Source: Carpediemonas membranifera BICM (lineage: Eukaryota; Protista; Fornicata). Taken from it: a stretch of 64,000 bases of DNA. The DNA is taken from assembly GCA_019828565.1 (NCBI GenBank), contig JAHDYR010000038.1, positions 1,252,552-1,316,551 on the forward strand, written 5' to 3'. How positions within the stretch are numbered: position 1 is the first letter of the stretch; every line of letters starts with the position of its first letter. The notes beneath the pieces were generated by a model. The model searched no databases. It was not told where the DNA came from and saw only the letters and a list, made by a program, of their open reading frames with translations. The translations under genes and the position numbers were made by a program. This document shows, in pieces, positions 23,233 to 34,863 of the stretch.

Positions 23233-26200
23233 TTACTCCTCCTCCGTGGACTCCCCACTGCCGCTGCAGCTGTCCTCGGCCTGACTCGCTTGCTGTCCTT
23301 GTAGACTCTGCATTACCATGATGAACTGGGTCATCAGGTCCATGGGTGAGATCTGCTTGGCCTTCTTATCCTTCTTGTGCTTGTGCCGGGGGATCGTGGG
23401 CTTCTCCTTGCTGGGCTTAGTCGCGGCGCCGGAGAGCACCAACCTTCCGTGGCCTTGCTCTTGCATGAGTCGGGCAGCCTTGAGCGCTGAGATCTCTTGT
23501 TGCGCCTCTGCCAACTGCTTTCGGAGCCGCAGCTTCTCCGAGTCCATGCCGGTTGCCTGTCTGCTTCCAGACTCCCAGTCCATGTCCTCTTCGTGCCTGC
23601 TTCTCTTTCCGCTGTCCGAGTCCATGATCCTACTCGTGCTGCCCTCCTTGCGCTTGAGCGTCGTGGAGGAAGAGTGATCCTTGCTGTTGTCCATGCCTCC
23701 CTCTGAGCCTCTACCGGCCCAGGTGTTCCCGCTGAACGAGCCTCTCATCTGTGTTCCCGTGTTGTCCTGTCTCTCCCTGTCGTCTCCTCCGTGGTTACGA
23801 TCCGAGGTCCTGTTCATGTTACCAGCTCTGTCGCCGGTTCTGTCGTCAGCTCTGACACCAGCTCTACCGCCGGCTCCGTGTCCTACCCTTCTGTCCTCTT
23901 CCCTGTCTCCATGCTGGTCGTGATGTCCTTGATCCGCGTCCTGGCCGAAGTGCCTGCCCACCATCCTGGTGCTAATCCGCCTCGCCTTTTTCCTCCAGGC
24001 CGTTGTCGAAGAACCTACTTTGGTATGGCTGTTCGGACTTTCCGTCGATGGTGGGGACATACGTGATGCCTGGGACATTGACTGTGTTGGCTCTGGGCTC
24101 GTCCGGGATAGCTGCCGAGACTAGTCTGGCCCCTTCCTTGCGCATACGGCTTAGGATGGTCCCAGCCTCGCTGACCCTGACCATGCCCCAGTCTCTCGGG
24201 ATGAAGCTCGCCCCTAGGGTGATCCTACCCCTGTTCCTGGGGGCCTTGACGTTGACTATGACCTTCTCATAGTCCCTGAGGCTCTCTGCTAGGTCGTCGC
24301 AGCCCCAGACTCCTTGATGAGCCGTAGCCTCCTTCGAGGGCCACCACTCGTATAGCATGGCCATGGTTATGATGTCCTCCTCCCTTGCTGCCCCTAGGCC
24401 CTTCCTGACGCGTACCATGCGGAGCTGGTTAGCCGTGGCTCTTTCCATGATGGTCCATAGCGGGCTTCTCTCCAGTACACCTTCGTTGTCCATGATTGTG
24501 AGGGGGGGCCAGTAAGATGCCCTTCATGCCCAACAGAACCTCCCCGAACCCGAAGCCGATGCCGAAGCGGTGTCCGTTGTCCGGGACTACGAGGATCCTG
24601 TCGCCGACTTCCCTGCTGACGTCCCTTGCGTCCCCGATCGGGTACGTGCCGAAGATCTCAAAGGTGTCCCTCCTTGTCGCGAATTCCGGGCCTCCCATGA
24701 TATCCATGCCCGGCTCCGCCTTCCCGACTGCTTCCATGGTCTTGTCGAGTGCCTTACCCATGTAGTGGTAGACGTCTGGGGTGCTCATCCTCTCCTTGCA
24801 TAGGGCCCTGATCCTGGCTGTGAAGACTACTGTATCCGCCAACCCACAGTGGTAGCAACCCGCGGTGTGTCTGTGGTACGGACAGACTCCCTTGGGCTCG
24901 CTCCTGTTCTGCCATCCATTTGACCATGTTGTTACTGCTTCCAGGTAGTTGGCCTTGTCGAGGTTGTCCCTGAGGTTTTGGCCAGCCTCCTCCTTGCCGT
25001 TGTTCTCCAGGATCTCTGGTAGCTTCTTCTCGTCCACCAGCCTAGCTTGGAAGAATTCCCTGGTTCCTTGCTCCAGTCCATTTGTGGGGTTCGTGAGGAG
25101 GAAGCTTTCCATCTCCACCCCCTTTGCATACATGATTATCTTCCAACCCTCCGACCTTTCGATCCTTGCCAGCTGAGCCGCCAGGCGGTTGGCCCAGTCC
25201 CTGAAAGTATGTATGTGCTTCTCATACTCGATCGGCGGCCGCCCCGTCCCGACCTCCACGAAGGTGGCCGGCGGCAGCCCCGTCACTGCCCATGCCGTGT
25301 ACCTCGCTTGGTCCATGCTTGCTGCCGGTATGTCCTGGTAGTACAGGCCATGCCCATGTCCAAGAATGTCCCCAGTGCTGAGGTCAAAGAGTACGATCCC
25401 GCCCTCAACCGGGATGGCAGGGATCCCTGCCTTCTTGACGCCAGGGTCTGCGCACTCGAAGTCGATGGCTCCGATCACCAGTCGTTTCTCCTTGTCCTTT
25501 CTAGGCATCCTCGGCGGCTGACTGCTGTCCTTGTTTGAGTCGACCTCCTCGTCCTGGTCGATCTTGCCTTGGTTGGCCCCCGACCATGTCCTTGTTCACT
25601 TCCAGGAGGCTGTCGTCGAGGCTTCTCCTGCCGGGCATGGTGGCCTGCTGGCGTCGTTCCTCCTTGTCCTTGACATGTTGCTCCTCGTCTCCGTCGATGA
25701 CCGTGCTAGCGGACGACCTGTCCAGATCGGCATGTTCGTCCCAATTGCTGCGGACCGAGGTGGCCTTGAGCACTTCCAGCCTCACCTTCCGGAACGGCGG
25801 CTCGTTGCTAAGGGGGGTCTCCTCCCCTTCGCCCAGGATATTGGTTCTGCCCTTCAGGTAGATCCCTGACTTGTTCCATGCTGCCTGCCATATGGCCGGG
25901 GCCTCCGGTGCCTGAAGCCTGAGGATGTCCCTAGCCTCCTCCATGAAGCGGCTGATGGACCATGCTGACGTGTCGCTTAGCTCTAGGATGACCCTGTACT
26001 TGCCGTCCTCTTGCTCGTAGGCCACTCTGGTGACCGGGCCTTGGTTTGCCGGATCCCATACCTTGTCGTAAGGCACGCCTTCTACGGCCTCGTCTCCATG
26101 AGCCCCTGATACCAGTATGAACGACCCTTCGGCCTTCTTGACGCTGTCCCTGTCTACATCCCATTCGATGGGCCCATCTTCCTTCGGCTTGAGGATCGCC

Positions 26201-26739
26201 GTCTCGATGTCCTTCTCAGATGGCCATCTTGCCATGCCAGTGAAGCCCGCTTTCAGCGTCTTGGGCTCCAGTGCCTGTGCCATGTCCTTTGCTTCCTCGT
26301 CTCTGGGGTTGAGCGCCTCTGTGAGCATGTAGAAAAGGTCGCGGAGGCCGTGGATGCCGCATGGGTTCCTGAGGATGATGTCCTTGTTGTCAGTGACGCC
26401 GGTTGCGAAGAGGATGCGTCTGGCGTTCATGATTACTTCCTTGCGTCCTTTGGAGTTCGCATTGAGCGACTTTCCTGTAAACTTGCCTGTTCTACGAAGA
26501 AGTAGGGTCCTTGAATCGTTCCTTTCAGCGAGGAAGCTGTCCAGTAGTTCCCTGATGTCCTCCCACTGCTTCTGCGTGGAATCCCTGATCCTTGTCGGTA
26601 TTTCTACCTGCATTGTTGAGTGCAAAATTTCTCCCCTTTTCCTAGTCCATAAACTGGGTCGGAATTTTTGGGTCCGAAAGTCGGGCCACATGTACATATC
26701 CGGGTGAGGTCTCCGTCCAGGCCTTCCAGTTTCTCCCAT
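23233..26739 (-). CDS. B2 ORF1 with a Maelstrom-like DEDDh exonuclease
   Basis: Near-identical to B1 ORF1. Three +1 homopolymer slips (~25580, ~24505, ~23990) are not shared with B1. Confidence 0.8.
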
Positions 26740-27226
26740 TGTCCATGCTCCGTACTATATAGGCCATTCTTTCAAAAAGGCGCGGTCCTAAAAATGCGTC
26801 GCCCTTTTCTGAGTAGCGGGGCCTTTCTGTGTAGTTGTTGTTGCTTTGTTCGTAGTCTCCTTTTAGCCTCTATCGACGGCCCCTGTTTCCCTTTTGTGCT
26901 GCCCTTCCTTCCTTGTGGTCTTGACAAAACCATGTAGCCGCCGGTGCTAGCACTGGCCCTCGACGGTTGTTTTCCTTTTCCTTGTAAACATACGTTCCAT
27001 GAAGACACTTTGATTCCTTGGTATGGGCGTGGAGCTCCCACTCGCGCCCAGCGGTATGCCCTGATAGCAACCCTTGAATGTTCAGACAGGAGGCCAAGGC
27101 CGCTCCTTCTGAGCTCCATGGGGCACTGCCCTATCCATATAGGCCAGGCCTGTTGGTCCTTGTCCATCCATGATCGAAGTGTTTCCACTTTGCTGAAATC
27201 ATTGGTGGACTTATGCCAGCACCCAT

Positions 27227-27781
27227 AAGCTGATCTACACCAGAGCAGCACAGCTATCTTTCGCCACCATCACAGAAGGGAATTCAGTAGCTGTCGTCAG
27301 GTACACCCGGGGACTTGGTCTTACATCACCCACCTACATACACTACCCTGAACGCCAGACATACCTAGACACACTCCCCCCACCACAGACAAAGAGAGTG
27401 ACCATGCTTCGACTCTCCTGCCTCCCTCTCCCCACGCGCAATGCCATCTCCAGAGCGTGGGGTCCAGTCACTGTCCTCATTGACAGGCTGCCCCAACCTC
27501 TCCCCGACACGATAATGGCTGCACTACAAGCTTGCCCTATATGTCATGCCTCAGACATCCAAAAAATGGTGATACAACTCCTGTCGTGTACCGAGCTTAC
27601 CATCAGTACTGCATGTGCCATTCTTGGACAGACTCACTGGAGAATAGCGAGCCAGTCGCACCTGGCTGCCTGCCCCAATCTCCAGCTCGACCTCGACCTC
27701 CTCTTCAAGGACCCTGTCCGCTTTGCGCAGCAATATGATGCCCAACTTGTGGAATGGATTACTGCATGTCTGGAAGCATAA
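27227..27781 (+). pseudogene. Element A ORF C-terminus (Zn finger)
   Basis: In-frame continuation after the B2 TSD; ACPICH...QSHLAACP; stop at 27781. Confidence 0.75.
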
Positions 27782-27990
27782 GGTTTGTCCTCCTTTCGGT
27801 TACATAGATGTGCCACCGCCTCCCAGGCCCTGCTCCTCCCTCAAAGATCACGAACAGGGCTCGCTGTGGTCCTAAGACGACCCGCGACGCAGTGCCCCGA
27901 ACCCATGCTTACACCAGTACACTACACTGGCATGACACCACGATACGCCTGTCTAGGCACTGCGAGCTGTTCGCGGCGTTTCTTTTTTTC

Positions 27991-29370
27991 CCTTCGGGGT
28001 TTTTCTGCCCTCTGCGCGTGGGATGTCATCAGATAGTGGCTGTGTAGAGCCATTCAGAGGCCTCTGTGCAATTGTCCTGAGAACCGAGAACCTCCCCAGG
28101 GGCCTGATCATCCCCAGTTCAGTCTCGGATAGTGGCCGGAGTATGTGGAACGCCACGCTGTGACTACCTGGCACCGAAAAAATCTAATAAACTCAAACTC
28201 AAACTCAGGGACGCTTGGTATAGTCGTGTTCCTGTAACAGGCAAACCAGCTCCTTCTGCGGCTTGTCAGCGGCGATCTTTGCGAGCGCACCGGGCTCTGC
28301 GGCCAGTCCTTGACCTCCTTACCCACTGCGAGTGCCAGCTCAACGCTTGCGGTCGAGCGCTCGACCTTGAGAGCTTGCAGCTGTCTTGCAGCCCCAAGAT
28401 AGGCCGCAATCCACGTCAGGGTAGGCATCACCATACCCAGTCCACCAGCATGCACGGGGAGGCCGAGTCAAACGGCCATGAGGGATCTAGCGTCTTGGCT
28501 GACCTCAGTTTCGAGAATTTCAGCGATCGCCGGGACGATCTCCTGGTTCTCGAAGGCAGCGGCCCCACCGAGGAGGTTAGACCTCCCAGAGGGAGAGCGA
28601 GACATTGGTTGCACATTGCGGTAGAAATGGATGGGCTTCGTCAGAGCAGCAATCCTGACGATAGTCAGGGCGACAGCTGTGGCCTTCGAGCCAATCTCCG
28701 CTCGCAGGGTCTTTGCAGCAGAGAGGACGGTCTTCACCTTGGCGAGGACACTGTCTAGCTCTGAGCTGAGGAAGGCCCGTGACGACGAGATAGGCACACC
28801 TACGAGCTTGAACGACCTCACCCGTGGATACCCGCCAGATGAGTTACCGTCGTCATTTCTCTTTCAATGCGCCACAAGGCACTTGCTGGCGTTGAGGCAA
28901 AGCCCCACACTGGCGAAGATCGTGCCCGCTCGGTCAATGAACATGTTGATTAGCTCTCCGACCCCAGGCTCCTGGAGATGAGGTGGTCTATCTCAACCAG
29001 CCTCGAGAAGATAGTGGGCACAAGTGCCTTGGCGGCCAGGCGGCGGAGAGTCTCGCCGATAGCAATCGGCCGGACCCTGGATCCGTCGCCCTTGGGGATT
29101 GGGACGAGAATTGCATGCGACAAGAGGGCCGTATACGGCTCCCCGTCCGCAATGTCTTGCAGAACAGACAGGAGCGCCTCGACGAGGTCGTGACGCGCGA
29201 CCGAAGCCATCACCTTCAGATGAAGGAAGGACAGACCTGATGGCCCAGGGGCAGCCTCGGCCGACGGACCACTGAGAGCCTTCTTGATACTCTTTCGAGA
29301 TATCTCAATGGCAGACAGGGGATCAGGCGGGACCTCGACAAGGTCAATCCGACACACGCACAAGGCCACT
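27991..29370 (-). mobile_element. Element E: decayed CRE/SLACS-like non-LTR element (RT with its core deleted)
   Basis: AAPGPSGLSFLHLK, LVPIPKG..VRPIAIGETLRRLAAK, then a jump to VGLCLNASKC, KLVGVPI and AGGLG. Contains stops and frameshifts; no YxDD. Confidence 0.75.
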
Positions 29371-29726
29371 GGAGGCGAGGTTCAGGTCCTCTAGCTGTCC
29401 GTCCACCTCAGTGGGTGACACACCTATATACCTTACGACACACAGCTTCTCACAGGCTTCTACCTTGGTCGCCTCAGTCTCTGCTTCGTTCTGGTTCTTC
29501 AGCCATGACGAGCTTCCCAATGATTGATCTTCCAGTATCTCAAAACGCATGTAAATCACGTAAATGACAGCTATGAGAGCCATACGATGCATCTCTCGTC
29601 ATTAGGTCCGCTCATGCGTTTCTCCGACCAAGACCGACCGCTCACATGCGACCTTAAAGCTGGGACACCGTTTGACGAAAACAAAAACACCACTAAAACA
29701 CCCAATCGTGCACTTAAACAGCATAT

Positions 29727-31148
29727 TTACTGCCCGATCCCATCTATCAGCAGCATTGCCTCCCTAGTCGAGGTCATTGCCTCTGGCCCCACCGGTCCCT
29801 CCAGTCGGGCCGACAGAAGCAGCCGCACGCTGTCGAGCGTGTCATCCACATAGCCCCTGCTCGTTCGAATGAGTACTGATATAATCTTAGCGCACGCAGT
29901 CAGGATTTCCTCGTCGGCAGTTGGCAACTCGTGCATGACAAGTTGGATCAGATGACGAGCCGTGGAGCGGTCGAGAGACATCTCTCTGAGCTCAGTTGTG
30001 CTAACATATCTTAAAAACGCACCTCTGACGTGATTCGACTCTGTTGAAGTCACGACACGCATTGCCTCGAAGAAAGACGCCTTGCCCCAAAGCGCCCCCG
30101 CCTGAGCCAGGTCCCGTCTTGCTCTCAGAAGCAGCTGGTATCTTTCCTGCAGCGATACGAGCGACTCCGCTACCCTGAGGCCGACTGACTCGCCGGGGGT
30201 AGCCCGATCGCCTCTGGGCGGCGTGGCCGGGCGATCAGGCGACTGTTGTTGAGTCGATGTCAGCTCAGTCACCCCGAGCGGGTCGACTACCGGCTCACCA
30301 ATGCGTATTACCCTGCCCGATCGCTTGTCCCGGCTGAGGATGAACGCATATAGTGCGTTGCCCTGAGCCATGGCAGCGACGACTCCGCCGATGTCCGTCT
30401 TGTGAGAGAGCAGCTCTGACCCGTCCCACATCGACAAAGACTTGCCCCCACAGCATATGAGCCCGTCTGGCGTGAACCCGAGGGCTTCGATCCCACCAGG
30501 CACAGCATTGGTGCGGGTACCGGCCTTCCAGTTGCCGACGTCCCAGCAGCGGGCCATGCGGTCGCCCGAGGAGACCATCACCACCCTACCCGCAGGGTGG
30601 AGGGCGACCGACTTCACCGGGGGCCGGTGTAGCATCTGTTGGAGCAGCGTCGGGGTCCCAGACTTGAGGTCGAAGATGGAGAGGGTACCGCTCTTCCCGC
30701 CAACTGCCAGCCAGTTATTGGGGGTGAGTGTGAGCGTCTCCACCCGTTCTGATATGTCCAGCCGGGCGATCTCCCGGCCCTGGCTGTTCCACACCCTGAT
30801 GGGGTCAACCAGCGAACCGGTGGCAAATAGAGTCTGCGAAGGCGCCCATGATGCAGCAGTGACTTCCACTCTGTGCTGGGGGTTGAGGGATTGCTGCGTC
30901 CCCGCTTGGAGGTCAAGGAGACGGAGAGCTCCGGTAACGTGGCCGACGATCAGCTTCAGGGCTGGTGGCGGGCATAGTGAAAGAGTTGTGATGCCTGTCT
31001 TCAGCTGTGTCTCCAGCATGAGATCTCCTTGGGGATCGTAGACACAAAGAAGCCCATCGTCATCCCCAGTGGCCAAATAGCCTGGTTCAGTAATTGATAC
31101 GCAGCGAATTGTTGTTTTGCCTGGTATTGAGAATATTTCATTGATCAT
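29727..31148 (-). CDS. WD40 protein, katanin p80 subunit-like
   Basis: N-terminal WD40 repeats (LATGDDDG, FATGS, RCWD), Pro/Thr-rich linker and helical C-terminal domain resembling katanin con80. First ATG is at 31148. Confidence 0.65.
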   Translation of the reverse strand: MINEIFSIPGKTTIRCVSITEPGYLATGDDDGLLCVYDPQGDLMLETQLKTGITTLSLCPPPALKLIVGHVTGALRLLDLQAGTQQSLNPQHRVEVTAASWAPSQTLFATGSLVDPIRVWNSQGREIARLDISERVETLTLTPNNWLAVGGKSGTLSIFDLKSGTPTLLQQMLHRPPVKSVALHPAGRVVMVSSGDRMARCWDVGNWKAGTRTNAVPGGIEALGFTPDGLICCGGKSLSMWDGSELLSHKTDIGGVVAAMAQGNALYAFILSRDKRSGRVIRIGEPVVDPLGVTELTSTQQQSPDRPATPPRGDRATPGESVGLRVAESLVSLQERYQLLLRARRDLAQAGALWGKASFFEAMRVVTSTESNHVRGAFLRYVSTTELREMSLDRSTARHLIQLVMHELPTADEEILTACAKIISVLIRTSRGYVDDTLDSVRLLLSARLEGPVGPEAMTSTREAMLLIDGIGQ

Positions 31149-31316
31149 ATAGCGGTGTTGTCTCGTGTATTTCGGCAGAAGTATCGTTTGCCATAAAATG
31201 CGAAATAGCGAAATGCCGTGAAATCGTCTCATTGAGTGTGAACTCAGCCTTACGCAGCTTAAATCTTCCAAATTGCAGCTTTTGATTGTTTCGCAGTTTA
31301 GCCTTGCAACGCGTTG

Positions 31317-34300
31317 ATGGACGATCTGCTTGACGTTCTGAGCCCTTCACCAAGAAAGGCTCCTGAGGTCAAGAGTGCATTGAAGCGCGATAATGTATCC
31401 AGCGAGTTTGATGGTCTTCAAGCCACCGTAGCGTCGCTCTGTATGAATCTCCCGATTATCCGCGATGTTCCCCAGAGCAAGTACTATGACTCCACAGGGA
31501 ATGAAGTAACCGACAAGACTAAGGTGTGCAAGCACCAGGTGGCCTTCCCCGCCTCCATGCGTTCTCTTGTCGAGCAGCTCCCCGAGGACGATGCCGTCTT
31601 CACGCTCCCCCGGCCCACAGGCATGGCCAAGGAGTTCCCCTTCGAGCTTGACCCCTTCCAGGTTCAGGCCATCAGTGCGGTCTCCCGTAACGAGTCTGTG
31701 CTCGTCTCGGCCCACACCAGCGCGGGTAAGACCGTGGTGGCCGAGTATGCGATCGCCCAGGCCCTAAAAAACAACCAGAAGATAGTGTACACGTCCCCTA
31801 TCAAGGCGCTCTCGAACCAGAAGTACTTCGACCTCTGCAACCTGTACAAGGACGACGACGCCATCGAGATCGGCCTCATGACGGGCGACACGACTATCTA
31901 CGACCCCCTTCGCACCCAGGTCCTGGTCATGACCACCGAGATCCTCCGCGACCTCCTCTACCGCGGCGACGACACGATGCGGAACACGGCGTGGGTGGTG
32001 TTCGACGAGGTGCACTACATGCGGGACGCCGAGCGGGGCGTGGTGTGGGAGGAGACCATGATACACCTGCCGCAGGAGACACGGTGCGTGTTCCTGTCGG
32101 CCACCATCCCCAACGCGGCCCAGTTCGCGGGTTGGTTCTGCTCGCTACACGACACGCGCGCGTCGGCGGCCACGTCGCCTGCGAAACCAGCCACGCCTGG
32201 GTTAGAAACTGCCCCACAGGCCAGATTGAAGCCGTGCCACGTGATTTACACTGAATATCGACCCACCCCGCTCCTCATGTATATCCCAACGATGATTACC
32301 TCCCCTAACGGCTCAAGGAAGGTCCCTGAGCTCAAGTGCATCCAGGATGAGACTGGGGCGTTCCAGGAGGAGAAGTTCAAGGCGGCCATGGCGTTCCTCT
32401 CCCAGTCAGGCAAGGAGAGCAGTCGGCCCGACCGGATGGGGTCGGGCAAGACGGACATGGAGCAGCTCAAGATGATCGTACGCGCCCTGGCACACAGGAA
32501 GGTGGACGATAACGGGCACAGGGCGGATGCTATGGGCCTGCCGATCATCGTCTTCGGGTTCAGCAAGCAGGAGGTGGAGAACAACGCCAGGGATCTCATG
32601 AAGGCCTTCAGACCAGGCCCAGGCAGCAGGAGTCAGCTGGGGGTGACCGACGAGGACAGGGCGAGGATCGTCGAGCTCTACGACCATGCCGTGACCCAGC
32701 TCCCTGAGGACACGCGACACATTGAGTCGGTCAGAGCGGCCAGGAATATTTTCATGGCAGGCATAGGGATACACCATAGCGGGCTGCTCCCCACGATGAA
32801 GGAGCTGACGGAGATGCTCTTCGGCATGGGCCTCCTAAAAGTGCTCTTTGCCACCGAGACGTTCGCTATGGGACTGAACATGCCGGCACGGACCGTGATC
32901 TTCTCCGCGGTGTCCAAGTGGGACGGAATCCAGCGCCGTTTACTCTCCAGCGGTGAGTACATTCAGATGGCAGGCAGGGCGGGTCGTCGGAACGTTGATG
33001 ACTTCGGAAGAGTCATTACGATGATCTCTGAATCTATTTCTGACAAGGAGTGTCGCGATATGATTGCCGGCCAGGCGGATGACCTTGATTCATCCTTCCA
33101 CGTCACCTATTCGATGCTCATCAAGCTCATTTCCAACGCTGACGAAGAGACCATCGACCATCTTCTGGCCAACACCTTCCTGCAGTTCCAGGCCAGGGCC
33201 AGGGTGCAGGCCATCGCCACGGAGCTCGACGACCTCCTTGAAAATTCAGAGTCGGTGCAGTTTAAGGCCAGTGAAACGACGAGAGCACTGTTTGCAGCCT
33301 ATGAGAGGCTCGATAGCACGCGGGCTGCGGCCCAGGCTGCTCTGACCCCGCTGCTAGTGGACAAGCACAAGGCGCAGCAGGTGTCCTCGAACAAACGAGA
33401 CCGATCCCACCGCAAGGGCGAGTCCAAGCTCTTAGGGCGGGCCGTGTTCGTCCAGCAGGGCGTGCATCCCCTTGGCTGGGGTCTTGTGCTGTCCCAGAGT
33501 CGTCTGGGCGATGTGACCGTCATTCTCCGCACCGAGGACGGCGACAGAACGCGCTACTCTCTCAGTTCCGTCCCCCTTGCGGCCATTGCTCACGTGTCCG
33601 GCTGGGCACTCCGCACTGATCTCGACGGGGCGCGTGACGAGGCTGCTTGGGCCACTCTACACGAGAAGATGGTCCGGCAGCTCTTCAACCAGTGCCCCCT
33701 GGAAGTCGGCCAGAAGAAGCACGGCAAGTGTGGGTCAGACGACGCCCAGGGGTCCTTACCACCCTTCGACACTGTCGGGGCGGGTTGGTTGAAGGCGGCC
33801 GACACCCCGTTCAAACAGCCGACCGACGACCTCGAGCAGGCGTACCATGATGCCCTGGAGGAAGCGGGAGACGCGGCACGGGAGGTCAGGAGGCAGTGGG
33901 GCAGATTGTGCATGGCTGAGGACGTCGACGAGCTCAAAGCCGAGCTCCTCGCGTACGGAGAGCAGAAGCGCCGCGACGCACGCATATCTGAACTCGCCGA
34001 GGAAGTCTCGACGTGCAACTCCGTTGTTCTCATGGACGACGTGACTAAGAAACGCCGGGTGCTCCTGGACATGGGCTATATCACGGTGGGCGGCGACATT
34101 AAGAAGAAGGGGCTGTTCGCCAAGGAGGTCAACACCGCCAATGAAGTCCTCCTAACAGAGCTCATGTTCTCACACATCCTGGCCGAGCTGGACGTCCCCC
34201 AGGCCGCAGCGCTCCTCGCCACACTCATCGATGAGACCGAGAGCAAGGACGACGAGCCTGTGACATCTGACACTGTGCTCCTCGAGGCTATCGCCAAGGT

Positions 34301-34661
34301 GCAGGGGATGGCCGGGCAGGTCGGCGCGGCCATGCAAAAGGCGGGGGTCGACACGAGCGCGGAAGAGTTTACCAAGCAGTCTGTCCACACGGCGTGCGTG
34401 GGGCTCGTCAAAGACTGGGCGTCGGGCAAGACGCTGCGGGAGTGCCTGGATAGCCCTGGCAACACCACCACCGCCTTCTCGTACGAGGGAACTATCGTCC
34501 GGGTGCTGCGGCGGCTCGTGGTGCTTCTACAGCAGCTCAACGATGCTTGCACACATGTGATGAATCTTGGCGTTGGGAACGACGTGCAGCAGAAGATCGC
34601 GGATGTCATCGTGGCGGTTCAGAGGGACGTGGTCAGTATGGAGAGCCTATATACATGGTAA
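31317..34661 (+). CDS. MTR4: Exosome RNA helicase MTR4 (Ski2-like DExH)
   Basis: FPFELDPFQ, AHTSAGKTVVAEYAI, SPIKALSNQK, DEVHYM, ATETFAMGLNMPA, QMAGRAGRR and a DSHCT-type end ESLY. Confidence 0.93.
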   Translation: MDDLLDVLSPSPRKAPEVKSALKRDNVSSEFDGLQATVASLCMNLPIIRDVPQSKYYDSTGNEVTDKTKVCKHQVAFPASMRSLVEQLPEDDAVFTLPRPTGMAKEFPFELDPFQVQAISAVSRNESVLVSAHTSAGKTVVAEYAIAQALKNNQKIVYTSPIKALSNQKYFDLCNLYKDDDAIEIGLMTGDTTIYDPLRTQVLVMTTEILRDLLYRGDDTMRNTAWVVFDEVHYMRDAERGVVWEETMIHLPQETRCVFLSATIPNAAQFAGWFCSLHDTRASAATSPAKPATPGLETAPQARLKPCHVIYTEYRPTPLLMYIPTMITSPNGSRKVPELKCIQDETGAFQEEKFKAAMAFLSQSGKESSRPDRMGSGKTDMEQLKMIVRALAHRKVDDNGHRADAMGLPIIVFGFSKQEVENNARDLMKAFRPGPGSRSQLGVTDEDRARIVELYDHAVTQLPEDTRHIESVRAARNIFMAGIGIHHSGLLPTMKELTEMLFGMGLLKVLFATETFAMGLNMPARTVIFSAVSKWDGIQRRLLSSGEYIQMAGRAGRRNVDDFGRVITMISESISDKECRDMIAGQADDLDSSFHVTYSMLIKLISNADEETIDHLLANTFLQFQARARVQAIATELDDLLENSESVQFKASETTRALFAAYERLDSTRAAAQAALTPLLVDKHKAQQVSSNKRDRSHRKGESKLLGRAVFVQQGVHPLGWGLVLSQSRLGDVTVILRTEDGDRTRYSLSSVPLAAIAHVSGWALRTDLDGARDEAAWATLHEKMVRQLFNQCPLEVGQKKHGKCGSDDAQGSLPPFDTVGAGWLKAADTPFKQPTDDLEQAYHDALEEAGDAAREVRRQWGRLCMAEDVDELKAELLAYGEQKRRDARISELAEEVSTCNSVVLMDDVTKKRRVLLDMGYITVGGDIKKKGLFAKEVNTANEVLLTELMFSHILAELDVPQAAALLATLIDETESKDDEPVTSDTVLLEAIAKVQGMAGQVGAAMQKAGVDTSAEEFTKQSVHTACVGLVKDWASGKTLRECLDSPGNTTTAFSYEGTIVRVLRRLVVLLQQLNDACTHVMNLGVGNDVQQKIADVIVAVQRDVVSMESLYTW

Positions 34662-34863
34662 TTATCCTTATGTAAAGCGGATTATGGTCAGCCTGGGATG
34701 ATAGGGGGTCGTGCAGAGAGTGCTCATGTCACAGCGGGCAGTCCGCATCACAGGACTCCAGGGGCCCGATGATAGCCTCTGGGTAGGCTGTTCTCATGGA
34801 ATCTGCCGAAGTCTCATGGAATCTGGTGCAGGATAATTTTGGATTCGCCCACGCACACGTGTA

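Larger units (their letters stand above)
18554..27211 (-). mobile_element. Element B2: full-length (~8.66 kb) two-ORF non-LTR retrotransposon, probably young
   Basis: ~470-nt 5' UTR, ORF1, ~330-nt spacer, ORF2, ~900-nt 3' UTR, TTTCTTCTTC tail and a perfect 15-bp TSD. Confidence 0.95.
3120..27990 (+). mobile_element. Element A: old APE-type non-LTR retrotransposon (OTU-like + DEDD exonuclease + APE + RT + Zn finger), interrupted by C and B2
   Basis: Its own sequence is ~3120-8056, 18450-18553 and 27227-27990. The reading frame rejoins across both insertions (GWLHPSVMLLAD|KARQRL...GPYASTH|KLIYTRAA...CPIC...SHLAAC). T-rich 3' end at ~27978-27990. No TSD found, so the outer ends are approximate. 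Confidence 0.8.

Noticed and set aside
11299-26739. Programmed frameshifting or pseudogenisation of family B ORFs
   Set aside because: The ORF1 frameshifts are single-base homopolymer differences at different sites in B1 and B2, and their consensus is open. They are most likely long-read errors.
10827-27211. Giant terminal inverted repeats of a DNA transposon or palindrome
   Set aside because: The inverted similarity comes from two independent LINE insertions, each with its own TSD and tail.
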